Of a DNA stretch of 41,439 bases, positions 33,868-41,439 are shown in pieces (position 1 is the stretch's first letter; each line of letters opens with the position of its first letter). The notes beneath the pieces were generated by a model. The model searched no databases and had not been told where the DNA came from. It worked only from the letters and a program-made list of their open reading frames with translations. The stretch spans positions 1 through 41,439 of IMG/VR virus record IMGVR_UViG_3300044630_004416. One strand, written 5' to 3'. The position numbers and the translations under genes are program-made. The DNA is from a virus. Lineage: Duplodnaviria > Heunggongvirae > Uroviricota > Caudoviricetes.

Positions 33868-35339
33868 GATTTTTCTGGTTTAAAATTTACTGGAATTATT
33901 TCATATTCAAAATGTTCTTCAGAATAAATTTTAATTCTTTCAATTAAGTGATTTAATGTATAATTCTTTTTATCCTTTGTGGAAAAATCATCAGCAATAT
34001 CAAATAATTTTGCTTTTGATTTATTTTCTCCTTTTCTAAGAACTCTTCCTATTGATTGTAAATTTCTAATTCTAGATTTACTTGGAGAAGCAAAGATTAT
34101 ATTATGTAAATTTCTAATATTGATACCAGTAGAGAAAGTACCATATGAAGCAATAATAATACAGTTAGATTCTTTTTCTGTTAATTCACGAATTAATTCT
34201 CTTTCTTCTGTATCAACACCACCATATACGAAAAATACTTTTCTTTGATTTCCCACTTCACTATTTATTAAATCATATAATACTTTGCCATGCTTTTCTA
34301 CCATAGCAAAAAGAACTAGAGTATTTCCCTCTTGGTTTATTGCTAATTTTTTAATATAATTGTTTCGTCGTTGATGACGACAAATATAGTCTATTTCCTC
34401 TTGATACGACTCAAATGACGAATACCCATGTTGTAGTAAAAGGATATTGATTTTTAAATTAGAAAGGTATCCTTTTTCAATTAATTTCTTGGTTTTGACT
34501 ACTTTATTCACTGGACCGAATAAACCCTCTAAAACTAGCTGGTTTACGTTCGCTCCATCTAGGGTTCCAGTGAATCCAATTCTATGTCTACAGTTATGTA
34601 ATTTTGTCATGATTGAAATCAATGACTTGGCTTTGAATTGATGTGCTTCATCACCAATAACTGCATTATATTTTTCAAAGAAAGATTTAGGTAATTTATA
34701 GATTGATTGCCATGTTGTGATAGTTACTGGTTTGTTGGTTTGTTTCTCTTTACCAGAATAAATTTTGTGGCAATATGTATCACTATTCCAACCATAGTCA
34801 TTAAAATCTTTTGATAACTGTTCTACCAATGATGTAGTAGGAACAATTATCAATGTGTTTATATCTTTATCTGTAAAATATCTAACGATAGAATAAATCA
34901 TTAATGACTTTCCAGATGCAGTAGGAGAAAGCAATAATTTTCTGTTGGTCTTTAATGATTCATAGATTGCCTTATATTGATAGTCTCGGATTTTAAATGG
35001 AATATTTAATGTTTTAATATAATCAACTATTCCTTCTGGAGTAATATCTTGATTATTTTCTTTTGGCATTCCATAGAATTTATTATCCTTATCAATATAA
35101 GTATATTTTCTAATACACAGCCATTCTGTTAGATAATCATATAGTCCGCAATAAATTAATCCATCCATCGGACTGAATAATCTTATTTTTCCATCCCACA
35201 ATCTTTTTTTGTATTGAGGCATGAATTTAGCATTAGGTACATCAAATGTAAAATATTCAGATAACTCATATTTGATATGAGGTTCACATTCTACAGTTAA
35301 ATATACTTCATTCTTCTTTTGAATAATAACATCTGCCAT
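33864..35339 (-). CDS. uvsW: SF2 helicase UvsW
   Basis: RDYQ, SPTASGKS, GDEAH, GFTGT, STGINI and QSIGRVLR. Start MADVII at 35339 (TAATG overlap). Confidence 0.96.
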   Translation of the reverse strand: MADVIIQKKNEVYLTVECEPHIKYELSEYFTFDVPNAKFMPQYKKRLWDGKIRLFSPMDGLIYCGLYDYLTEWLCIRKYTYIDKDNKFYGMPKENNQDITPEGIVDYIKTLNIPFKIRDYQYKAIYESLKTNRKLLLSPTASGKSLMIYSIVRYFTDKDINTLIIVPTTSLVEQLSKDFNDYGWNSDTYCHKIYSGKEKQTNKPVTITTWQSIYKLPKSFFEKYNAVIGDEAHQFKAKSLISIMTKLHNCRHRIGFTGTLDGANVNQLVLEGLFGPVNKVVKTKKLIEKGYLSNLKINILLLQHGYSSFESYQEEIDYICRHQRRNNYIKKLAINQEGNTLVLFAMVEKHGKVLYDLINSEVGNQRKVFFVYGGVDTEERELIRELTEKESNCIIIASYGTFSTGINIRNLHNIIFASPSKSRIRNLQSIGRVLRKGENKSKAKLFDIADDFSTKDKKNYTLNHLIERIKIYSEEHFEYEIIPVNFKPEKS

Positions 35340-35770
35340 TAAATACTTCCTTGCATAAACTTCTGCCAATCAATGCTATTTTTTATTTGAAATCCTCTTG
35401 TATTGATATTCTCTAGAATTTTTTCTAGAACAAAAATCATCTCTTTATAATAATTTAAATTAGCTGAAGATTTTTGAATTTCTTCATCTGATTCAATGTA
35501 CAGTTGAACATCCTGTTTTAGTATTTTTAAATCAAAAGGTTTTTCTTTGTAAATTTCTGCGTCTGCTTTTCCTGTGTAATATTCAAATTTATCTCTTAAC
35601 AGTTTTTTATAATCTTGTTCTTTCTTGATTTTGATAAGTCTTACATCAGAAAGAAAATTTAAATACTTGCTATGTAATTGTGGAATTTTAATAGATTCGT
35701 GGTCTAGAACATCTTCATCCATCACGGAATCTTTTTTCCATTCATCCTTAATAAAGTTAATATCAATCAT
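35339..35770 (-). CDS. uvsY: Recombination mediator UvsY
   Basis: WKKDS, IPQLHSKY and RGFQIKNSIDWQKF motifs. Confidence 0.93.
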   Translation of the reverse strand: MIDINFIKDEWKKDSVMDEDVLDHESIKIPQLHSKYLNFLSDVRLIKIKKEQDYKKLLRDKFEYYTGKADAEIYKEKPFDLKILKQDVQLYIESDEEIQKSSANLNYYKEMIFVLEKILENINTRGFQIKNSIDWQKFMQGSI

Positions 35771-36303
35771 AGTTTATTGTCATTAATATCATATATGTTG
35801 TATATAGTATACTTAAAGCTGGCGTCAACTGCAAAATACTCTGTGTCGGTATAGGTTGAGTCGAAATTTAATCCTCCAATATTTACTGGAAATAAGTCTT
35901 TAAATACTATCTTAAATTTTTTATTGAAATTTGAATCTAAAACAAATAGAATACCATCACTATAAGTTTTATCTTCTAAATCTTCTCCTGGCAAATCTTG
36001 AATATCAGATTCATATTCTGGATGTCCTAATTTTCTAATCCAATTATGTATTGTCACATAATTTTTCATCTTTTCATCAACTAAAAATCTGATATTTAAA
36101 TCATCAAATGAAATTTCATCTCCTGGATGAGGAATAAAATTTAATCTAGTAGCCTGTGATGCTACTGACAAATTAATTGAAGGAACATTTGCTGATTGAC
36201 AGTAAAATGAAACTTGAGGATATTTAATCAACTCAAATTTAAATCCAACTCCAGATAAAAAATTAGTTGGACATTTTGGATTATCTATAAAATTAGCTGC
36301 CAT
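35767..36303 (-). CDS. gp3: Tail tube terminator / tail completion protein (T4 gp3-like)
   Basis: NFLSGVGFKF, FYCQSANVP, LNIRFLVDE and FKDLFP; position after gp23. Confidence 0.85.
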   Translation of the reverse strand: MAANFIDNPKCPTNFLSGVGFKFELIKYPQVSFYCQSANVPSINLSVASQATRLNFIPHPGDEISFDDLNIRFLVDEKMKNYVTIHNWIRKLGHPEYESDIQDLPGEDLEDKTYSDGILFVLDSNFNKKFKIVFKDLFPVNIGGLNFDSTYTDTEYFAVDASFKYTIYNIYDINDNKL

Positions 36304-36325
36304 GATGTTTTATTTTTATTTAGGA

Positions 36326-36352
36326 ATAAAAAAAGGAGCCCGAAGGCTCCTT
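36326..36352 (-). terminator. Intrinsic terminator after gp23
   Basis: AAGGAGCC-TTCG-GGCTCCTT plus T-tract. Confidence 0.9.
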
Positions 36353-36372
36353 AGAAAGATATGTGAAATGAA

Positions 36373-37764
36373 TCACATTAGGTTTAGAACTCTGGTTCTT
36401 CTGTAGTAAACGTTGTCGTTTGCAGTTAGAGCACCAGAACGCTGGGTTAGACCACCTGCGAATGGGTTTGCAACCATTCCGTAACGGGTCTTGAAGCCAA
36501 TCTTTGGCTGGAAGGTGTCCTGACCGATGGAACGAACCATCTGGAGAGGTACATATGGGCAATAGAATAGACCTGCATCATATGCATTGGTTCCCTTATA
36601 ACCCATTACATAGTAATGGTCATTAGAGATGTTTGCGGAATATGGGTCAACATATACCTTGATACGACCATTGATTGTACCAGCTAGAGTTGATACGGTA
36701 TCGTCTGGGGTCTCGTTTGGATTTAGTAGTGGGGTGTAGTCGAGAAGCTTAGCAGCAGCTAGAGCACTTGCAACGTCTGCAGAGCAGATGATGAAGTTAC
36801 CCTTCCCTCTACGAGTCTCATGACCGATTGCGTTTGCATCACGCTCAATCTGGAACATGAGTCCCTTCCACTTCTCTACTGACCAACGACCATTGGAGTC
36901 AACGTCGAGGTCGAAAGAACCAGCATTAGCTACGTTGTTCTGAGCACCTGGCTTAGCAGTTACATAGATTGTACGGATAACTTCACGGTTAATCTCTGCA
37001 AGAATCTCTGTTGAGAGAATGTTTGCAAGCTCAGTCTCAGCATCAAGACCATGGATAGCCTTGAGGTCTTGTGCTAGTTCTAGGGTGTACTCAGCTTTTA
37101 GAGCACGGCTCTTTGCTGTTACAGTTACCTTCTCGATTGAGAAGCTCATTTCACGGAACTCTGAACCAGACTCACCTAGAGCTTCAGCAGAGTTGGTGTT
37201 CATACCACCAACGTAACCGTAGTTACCTGCAGGTGAAGCATTTAGTACGTTTGGATTGGTTGAAGTCTCGCCAGTTGCAGCAGAGTATGCACCACCAGCA
37301 GCAGAGAAACCTGAAGGAACTTCGTTGAAGAAGGTCTCGTTATCGAATACGTTTGGAGTGTTGCCGTCGCCATTACGGTCGGTTCCACGATGAGCACGCA
37401 TTGCGAAGATTAGTCCAGTAGGACCGCTCATTGGCTGAACACCGCAAATGTCATAAGCAATTAGCTTAGGCATTGAACGGCGGATTAGGCTGATTAGAAC
37501 TGGGTCAAAACCTGCAACAGGACCACCAGCAGCAGCGCCACCAGAGAAGCCATGTGCGCCTGTACCAGCACCACCTGAGGTGAATGAACCAGTGCTATTT
37601 GCTGCTACTTCTGAAATAACACCACGCTCTTCACGTAGGAATTGCTCTTGGTTCTCAAGTAGAACTGCGGTTACAGCCTTACGGTGTCTATCTGTGATTG
37701 GGGAGAGGTCGTTGTGCTCTAGAATTGGAGCCCACTTTCTCTGTAGTTGTTCTGAATTAAACAT
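36373..37764 (-). CDS. gp23: Major capsid protein (T4 gp23)
   Basis: KWAPILE, LIRRSMP, GVQPMSGPTGLIFAMR, SRALKAEY and QPKIGFKTRYG motifs. Confidence 0.99.
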   Translation of the reverse strand: MFNSEQLQRKWAPILEHNDLSPITDRHRKAVTAVLLENQEQFLREERGVISEVAANSTGSFTSGGAGTGAHGFSGGAAAGGPVAGFDPVLISLIRRSMPKLIAYDICGVQPMSGPTGLIFAMRAHRGTDRNGDGNTPNVFDNETFFNEVPSGFSAAGGAYSAATGETSTNPNVLNASPAGNYGYVGGMNTNSAEALGESGSEFREMSFSIEKVTVTAKSRALKAEYTLELAQDLKAIHGLDAETELANILSTEILAEINREVIRTIYVTAKPGAQNNVANAGSFDLDVDSNGRWSVEKWKGLMFQIERDANAIGHETRRGKGNFIICSADVASALAAAKLLDYTPLLNPNETPDDTVSTLAGTINGRIKVYVDPYSANISNDHYYVMGYKGTNAYDAGLFYCPYVPLQMVRSIGQDTFQPKIGFKTRYGMVANPFAGGLTQRSGALTANDNVYYRRTRVLNLM

Positions 37765-37814
37765 TGGGGTAAAACTCCTTTTTAGTTTGAATTTATTTGT
37801 TAGGAATCTATTAA

Positions 37815-37822
37815 TATTTATA
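37815..37822 (-). promoter_or_regulatory. Late promoter TATAAATA for gp23
   Basis: Exact consensus about 50 nt upstream of gp23. Confidence 0.85.
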
Positions 37823-37836
37823 AAAAATCTAAATTA

Positions 37837-38985
37837 TCATTGAGCCCAACGAGATACTGCATCTACATATGCAGCCATTGGTCCTTCAAAGAAATCTTGA
37901 TTCTTCTCAACAAGGTCTTCCACATAATTGGATTGAGCCTTAGGGAAATAATTTTCCTTAATAGTTTCAATCTTGCCACGGAAAGATTCTTCACTAATAA
38001 ACTCAACACCTTCGGAAAGGTTGAACAGTTTTTCTTTCTGTGTTTCAGCTAGACCTTCGGATACTTCTGCAATAATTCCATGTTTAATATAAGAGCCGAT
38101 TTCTTGGTTTAGCTCAACATTGATTTCAATCTGTTCGTTGAGTTTTTCCTCCATTTCATCTAGTTTAGCTGCCATTTCGGCAACTACATCCTGTTGCTCT
38201 TCAGGGAGATTAATATTGTTCTCCATGAAGAGATTTGCAAGACCAGCCATTAGATTTTCAGCAATTTCGGTCTTGATGCCGTTGTCAATAGAAAGCTGAT
38301 TATCAGCAATCCATTGCTCAGCAACATAATCTAGGTGAGCATCTACACGGGTCTCAAGTGACTCAGCAATTTCTTCAATTTCTTCTTGAAGTCTTTGCTC
38401 GTATAGTGCTTCAAACTTTTCTACTTCCTCAACTACTTTAGCTTTTACAGCTGCTTCAAAAATAGTTGCGGCTTTTTGCATGAAGTGCTCAGAGAGTTCT
38501 TCGCCGTGGAAGAGAGCATTGAGGTCTTCAGTGACATCAATCTCAATTTCCTCTGCCTTCATTTCTGTCTTTTCCTTTTTAGAAGACTTTTTATCTTTTT
38601 TGTCCTCTTTCTCTTCACCTTCATCTTCATCTTCTTCTTCATCTTCTTGAGCTTCATATAGTAGCTCTTCATCATCTAGCTCTTCTTCTTCTCTCATTCC
38701 CTTTTGACCAGGGGCTGAGCCTTGAAGACGCTGCATTGCATCTGGTGACTTTGCACCAGCATTTACTTTAGAAGATGACTTCTTTACTCTTGAAGAAGCT
38801 TTCTTGCCAATTTCATCACCTTCTGGTTTGGTTGTTGAAGAACCACCTAGTTCTTCTGGTGATGCACCCTGGCCAGGAGTGCTGTGTTGTAATTTTTGCA
38901 TACGGTCTCCTGGTTTTGCGTGAGCAGTGACAACGTTTCCTTCTTCTAGAAATTCGTCAAATTCTGTATTTAATACATTGGACAT
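37837..38985 (-). CDS. gp22: Prohead core scaffold protein (T4 gp22)
   Basis: KAATIFEAAV, YLDY-like HLDYVAEQW and IETIKENYF; acidic; lies between gp21 and gp23. Confidence 0.93.
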   Translation of the reverse strand: MSNVLNTEFDEFLEEGNVVTAHAKPGDRMQKLQHSTPGQGASPEELGGSSTTKPEGDEIGKKASSRVKKSSSKVNAGAKSPDAMQRLQGSAPGQKGMREEEELDDEELLYEAQEDEEEDEDEGEEKEDKKDKKSSKKEKTEMKAEEIEIDVTEDLNALFHGEELSEHFMQKAATIFEAAVKAKVVEEVEKFEALYEQRLQEEIEEIAESLETRVDAHLDYVAEQWIADNQLSIDNGIKTEIAENLMAGLANLFMENNINLPEEQQDVVAEMAAKLDEMEEKLNEQIEINVELNQEIGSYIKHGIIAEVSEGLAETQKEKLFNLSEGVEFISEESFRGKIETIKENYFPKAQSNYVEDLVEKNQDFFEGPMAAYVDAVSRWAQ

Positions 38986-39027
38986 CGAAAAAACCCTCTA
39001 GAAATATGTGATATTTTCTAATATTAT

Positions 39028-39681
39028 TTATGAAATTTTAATGTTACGTAGAAAACTTTCAAAAACTTGTAGTTTTCTTTCAGTTAAACTAGCTCTTGAG
39101 CTATTATAAATTGCTCTTTGATATTGGTTAATAACCTTTTCTTCTAGCATTCCATTATTCCAAATCCATTCCTTTCCTTCCATGATTCCTTGAACAAAAG
39201 CATCAGGAGCGGAAGGGTCTGCTACGATATCTGCAGCAGTGGAAAGCATGAAATCGTCTTTTACAATATTGATTCCATTTTTTTCTTCAATAGAACCAAT
39301 TCCTCTTGAAGAAACACCTAAAGTAACTCCAGATTCAAGAAGAGACTTAGCAATTTTGCCCATTGGAGTTTCTAGAATTTGAGCTTTGCCAATAAAATTA
39401 GTTCCTTCTGAACGAAGAGAAACAATCTTATGTGACACTCTATCTAGGTTGATTGTTGGACTGTCTGGATGACCTAATTCACCTAAAGCACGACCTTTTT
39501 GAACATAATTTTCATTATATGATTTAACTTCACGAGATAATGTTTCCATTGGATACATTCTTCCATTACGGTTTTTTAATTCCGCCTGAAGAAATACACC
39601 TTCAATGTAAAGGTTTTTTCTACCACCTTTTTCTTCGGTGATAACTTTAATATTTTCTATAGTTTCGGTGATTAGTTTCAT
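39028..39681 (-). CDS. gp21: Prohead protease (T4 gp21)
   Basis: MKLITE, NRNGRMYP, ALGELGHP, GVSSRGIGS and DIVADPSAPDAFV. Confidence 0.97.
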   Translation of the reverse strand: MKLITETIENIKVITEEKGGRKNLYIEGVFLQAELKNRNGRMYPMETLSREVKSYNENYVQKGRALGELGHPDSPTINLDRVSHKIVSLRSEGTNFIGKAQILETPMGKIAKSLLESGVTLGVSSRGIGSIEEKNGINIVKDDFMLSTAADIVADPSAPDAFVQGIMEGKEWIWNNGMLEEKVINQYQRAIYNSSRASLTERKLQVFESFLRNIKIS

Positions 39682-39926
39682 TGTTCGTAAGTTTCTTCTG
39701 GTACTTCTTCGTACTCGTCTTCATACTTTATTACTGGACTACCTTGTTCGTAGTAATCACTATCATCTTCATAATTACTTGTGCTGAAAAGATTCTGAGC
39801 AATTTCAACTTTTCTTACTCCAATTTGCTCAGCAGCTTTTCCATATAAGGCATCATAAATTTTTTCATTTGCATTGAGATTGTTTCTAGTAATAATACTA
39901 TCAACAATCTCCTGTGATAAAGACAT
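39678..39926 (-). CDS. Small prohead core-like protein (gp67/gp68 position), 82 aa
   Basis: Start MSLSQE after SD GAGGT; acidic C-terminus; lies between gp20 and gp21. Confidence 0.7.
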   Translation of the reverse strand: MSLSQEIVDSIITRNNLNANEKIYDALYGKAAEQIGVRKVEIAQNLFSTSNYEDDSDYYEQGSPVIKYEDEYEEVPEETYEQ

Positions 39927-39967
39927 AAATACCTCAATCAAAATATTAAAATTACAATAACTATTTA

Positions 39968-41439
39968 TTAAAATTTACCTTTACCGTAGTCAGAGGGTGA
40001 AATATAGTTTTTAAATTGAGAATCTAATCCACCTCCAGCAGGACCAGCTTCACCTGATGCAGCAACATCTGTTGGCATTTGTTGCTCTTGACCAGGAGGT
40101 AGTTGTCCCTGCTGGTCCATCATCATTTGATTTGGGTCCATAATTATTCCAAGTTGCTTTTCCTTATCAATTTGCATATCAATTTCTTCAATTTCATCAT
40201 CAGTTTGTTTTAGAATTTGTCTTCTGACGTATTCTACAGAGAAATATTTTCCAAGATATGGTTCTACTTGATTTACAATATTAAGTCTATCATTAAGAAT
40301 TTCTGAATTTTTGAGTTCAGTAAAATGATTATCGAAGATATAATCATACTGAATAAACTCCTTCATTTCCTCCCAATCATCTGCAGTGATGATACCTTTG
40401 AGAAGAAGTTGAGTTCTTAGTAAATCGTGGAATAAATCACTAAAACGCTTACGAAGTCTGCCTACAAACTTAGCAAACTTAAGTTCGTCTCTGGTGATTT
40501 CGTTAGTTCTGCCGATTGTAAATGAAGATTCTTGCTCTAGTCTTGATAGAGGAATGTTGAGAGACTTGTATAATTTTTTCTGGAAATACTTAACGTCTTC
40601 AAGTTCTCCAAGATTCTGTCCACCTGGGAGTGTAGTAATTTCTGTTCCACGACCACCTTCTCTTCTTGGTAGCCAGAAATCTTCAAGCATACTTAGATGC
40701 TTACGGTCATCACGAATTTCTCCAGTTGATGAATCATATACAAGTTTATTTCTGTATCTACCCATTACTTCACGTAGATACTGTTCTGCTTTTACTTTTG
40801 GTAGATTACCTACGTCAATATAGAAGATACGACGTTCTGGTGCTCTTGAAAGTCTGTAAATTACAAGTGAGTCCTCAATCATTCTGAGTTGATTGACAGA
40901 CTTAATAGCCTTATACAGATAACTTAGGACCATATTTCTGTTATGGTCAAACAGTCCAGAAGGAACGTATGTTATAGCATCATTTGAAATTTTAATTCCA
41001 TTTGCATCAGAACCCTTGTATCCTTTTGGAAAATAAATATAATACTCTAAAAATTCACCATAGTCATATTTTTGACCCTCCATTGTGGTCAATGAATCTA
41101 CATTTTTATTTCTCTTAATTTCTCTTACACGTTTAATTTTTAGAGAATCAATGTAGCGAAGTTCTTTAATGCCTTCCTTTGGCTTATCGAAATCAATAAT
41201 TTTATGATAATATAATCTTCCATCAATATACCAACGACGGAAAATATTATGACATTTTTTGTCAAAATTAAGTAATCTTAAAATATTGCCAAACTCTTCT
41301 TTTATTGCTTTTTTAATTTTTTCACTCGCTTGTAGATTTGATAGTTCTACTGAGACTGGAGCGAAGTCTAAATCACTACTAATTGCTTCGTTGATAATAT
41401 CATCAATTGCACCATCAATTTCTGGATGCAATGCAATTT
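39968..41439 (-). CDS. gp20: Portal vertex protein (T4 gp20), 5' end outside the window
   Basis: WYIDGR, YRLSRAPERRIFYIDVGNLP, EDFWLPRREGGRGTEI and RDELKF. The frame stays open to the window edge. Confidence 0.98.
   Translation of the reverse strand, partial: IALHPEIDGAIDDIINEAISSDLDFAPVSVELSNLQASEKIKKAIKEEFGNILRLLNFDKKCHNIFRRWYIDGRLYYHKIIDFDKPKEGIKELRYIDSLKIKRVREIKRNKNVDSLTTMEGQKYDYGEFLEYYIYFPKGYKGSDANGIKISNDAITYVPSGLFDHNRNMVLSYLYKAIKSVNQLRMIEDSLVIYRLSRAPERRIFYIDVGNLPKVKAEQYLREVMGRYRNKLVYDSSTGEIRDDRKHLSMLEDFWLPRREGGRGTEITTLPGGQNLGELEDVKYFQKKLYKSLNIPLSRLEQESSFTIGRTNEITRDELKFAKFVGRLRKRFSDLFHDLLRTQLLLKGIITADDWEEMKEFIQYDYIFDNHFTELKNSEILNDRLNIVNQVEPYLGKYFSVEYVRRQILKQTDDEIEEIDMQIDKEKQLGIIMDPNQMMMDQQGQLPPGQEQQMPTDVAASGEAGPAGGGLDSQFKNYISPSDYGKGKF

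Noticed and set aside
2541-40887. Numerous 60-135 aa alternative-frame and opposite-strand ORFs in the track (e.g. 4107-4397, 7165-7527, 10363-10695, 28944-29348, 40494-40823)
   Set aside because: They lie entirely within well-supported genes, lack SD or promoter signals and recognisable motifs, and are expected shadows of codon-biased genes.
1-41439. CRISPR array, tmRNA, RNase P RNA or stop-codon reassignment
   Set aside because: No regularly spaced direct repeats, no tmRNA or rnpB hallmark sequences, and all core genes translate intact in the standard code.

Overview
This window is the core of a T4-like cyanomyovirus genome (Kyanoviridae-type, probably freshwater), almost all encoded on the minus strand. 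Read right to left it runs: portal gp20 (partial), gp21, gp22, major capsid gp23, gp3, uvsY, uvsW, late sigma gp55, gp47, gp46, a HEXXH/VWA protein plus a CobS-like AAA ATPase, gp45, gp44, gp62, regA, hsp20, gp43, uvsX, gp41 and mazG. A block of late, probably virion-internal genes follows, then primase, nrdA, nrdB, a Holliday-junction-resolvase-like gene, a C39-like endolysin, and a tRNA cluster (Tyr, Arg, Ile-UAU, Glu, Pro, Ala) containing an RlpA-like gene. The only plus-strand unit (22575-23316) has tandem glutamine (glnA-type) riboswitch-like aptamers, and the second aptamer encloses a whole 50-codon ORF ahead of a DUF4278-like gene. Other highlights: a HIGH-motif nucleotidyltransferase starting with a T4 capsid-targeting-like decapeptide; a 945-aa protein built like a gp21-cleavable polyprotein; large structured non-coding spacers between tRNAs; a 30-bp promoter duplicated in inverted orientation 30 kb apart, with one copy firing antisense; and host-type promoters fused to terminators and stop codons. 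All calls come from reading the sequence and recalled family motifs. No searches were run.
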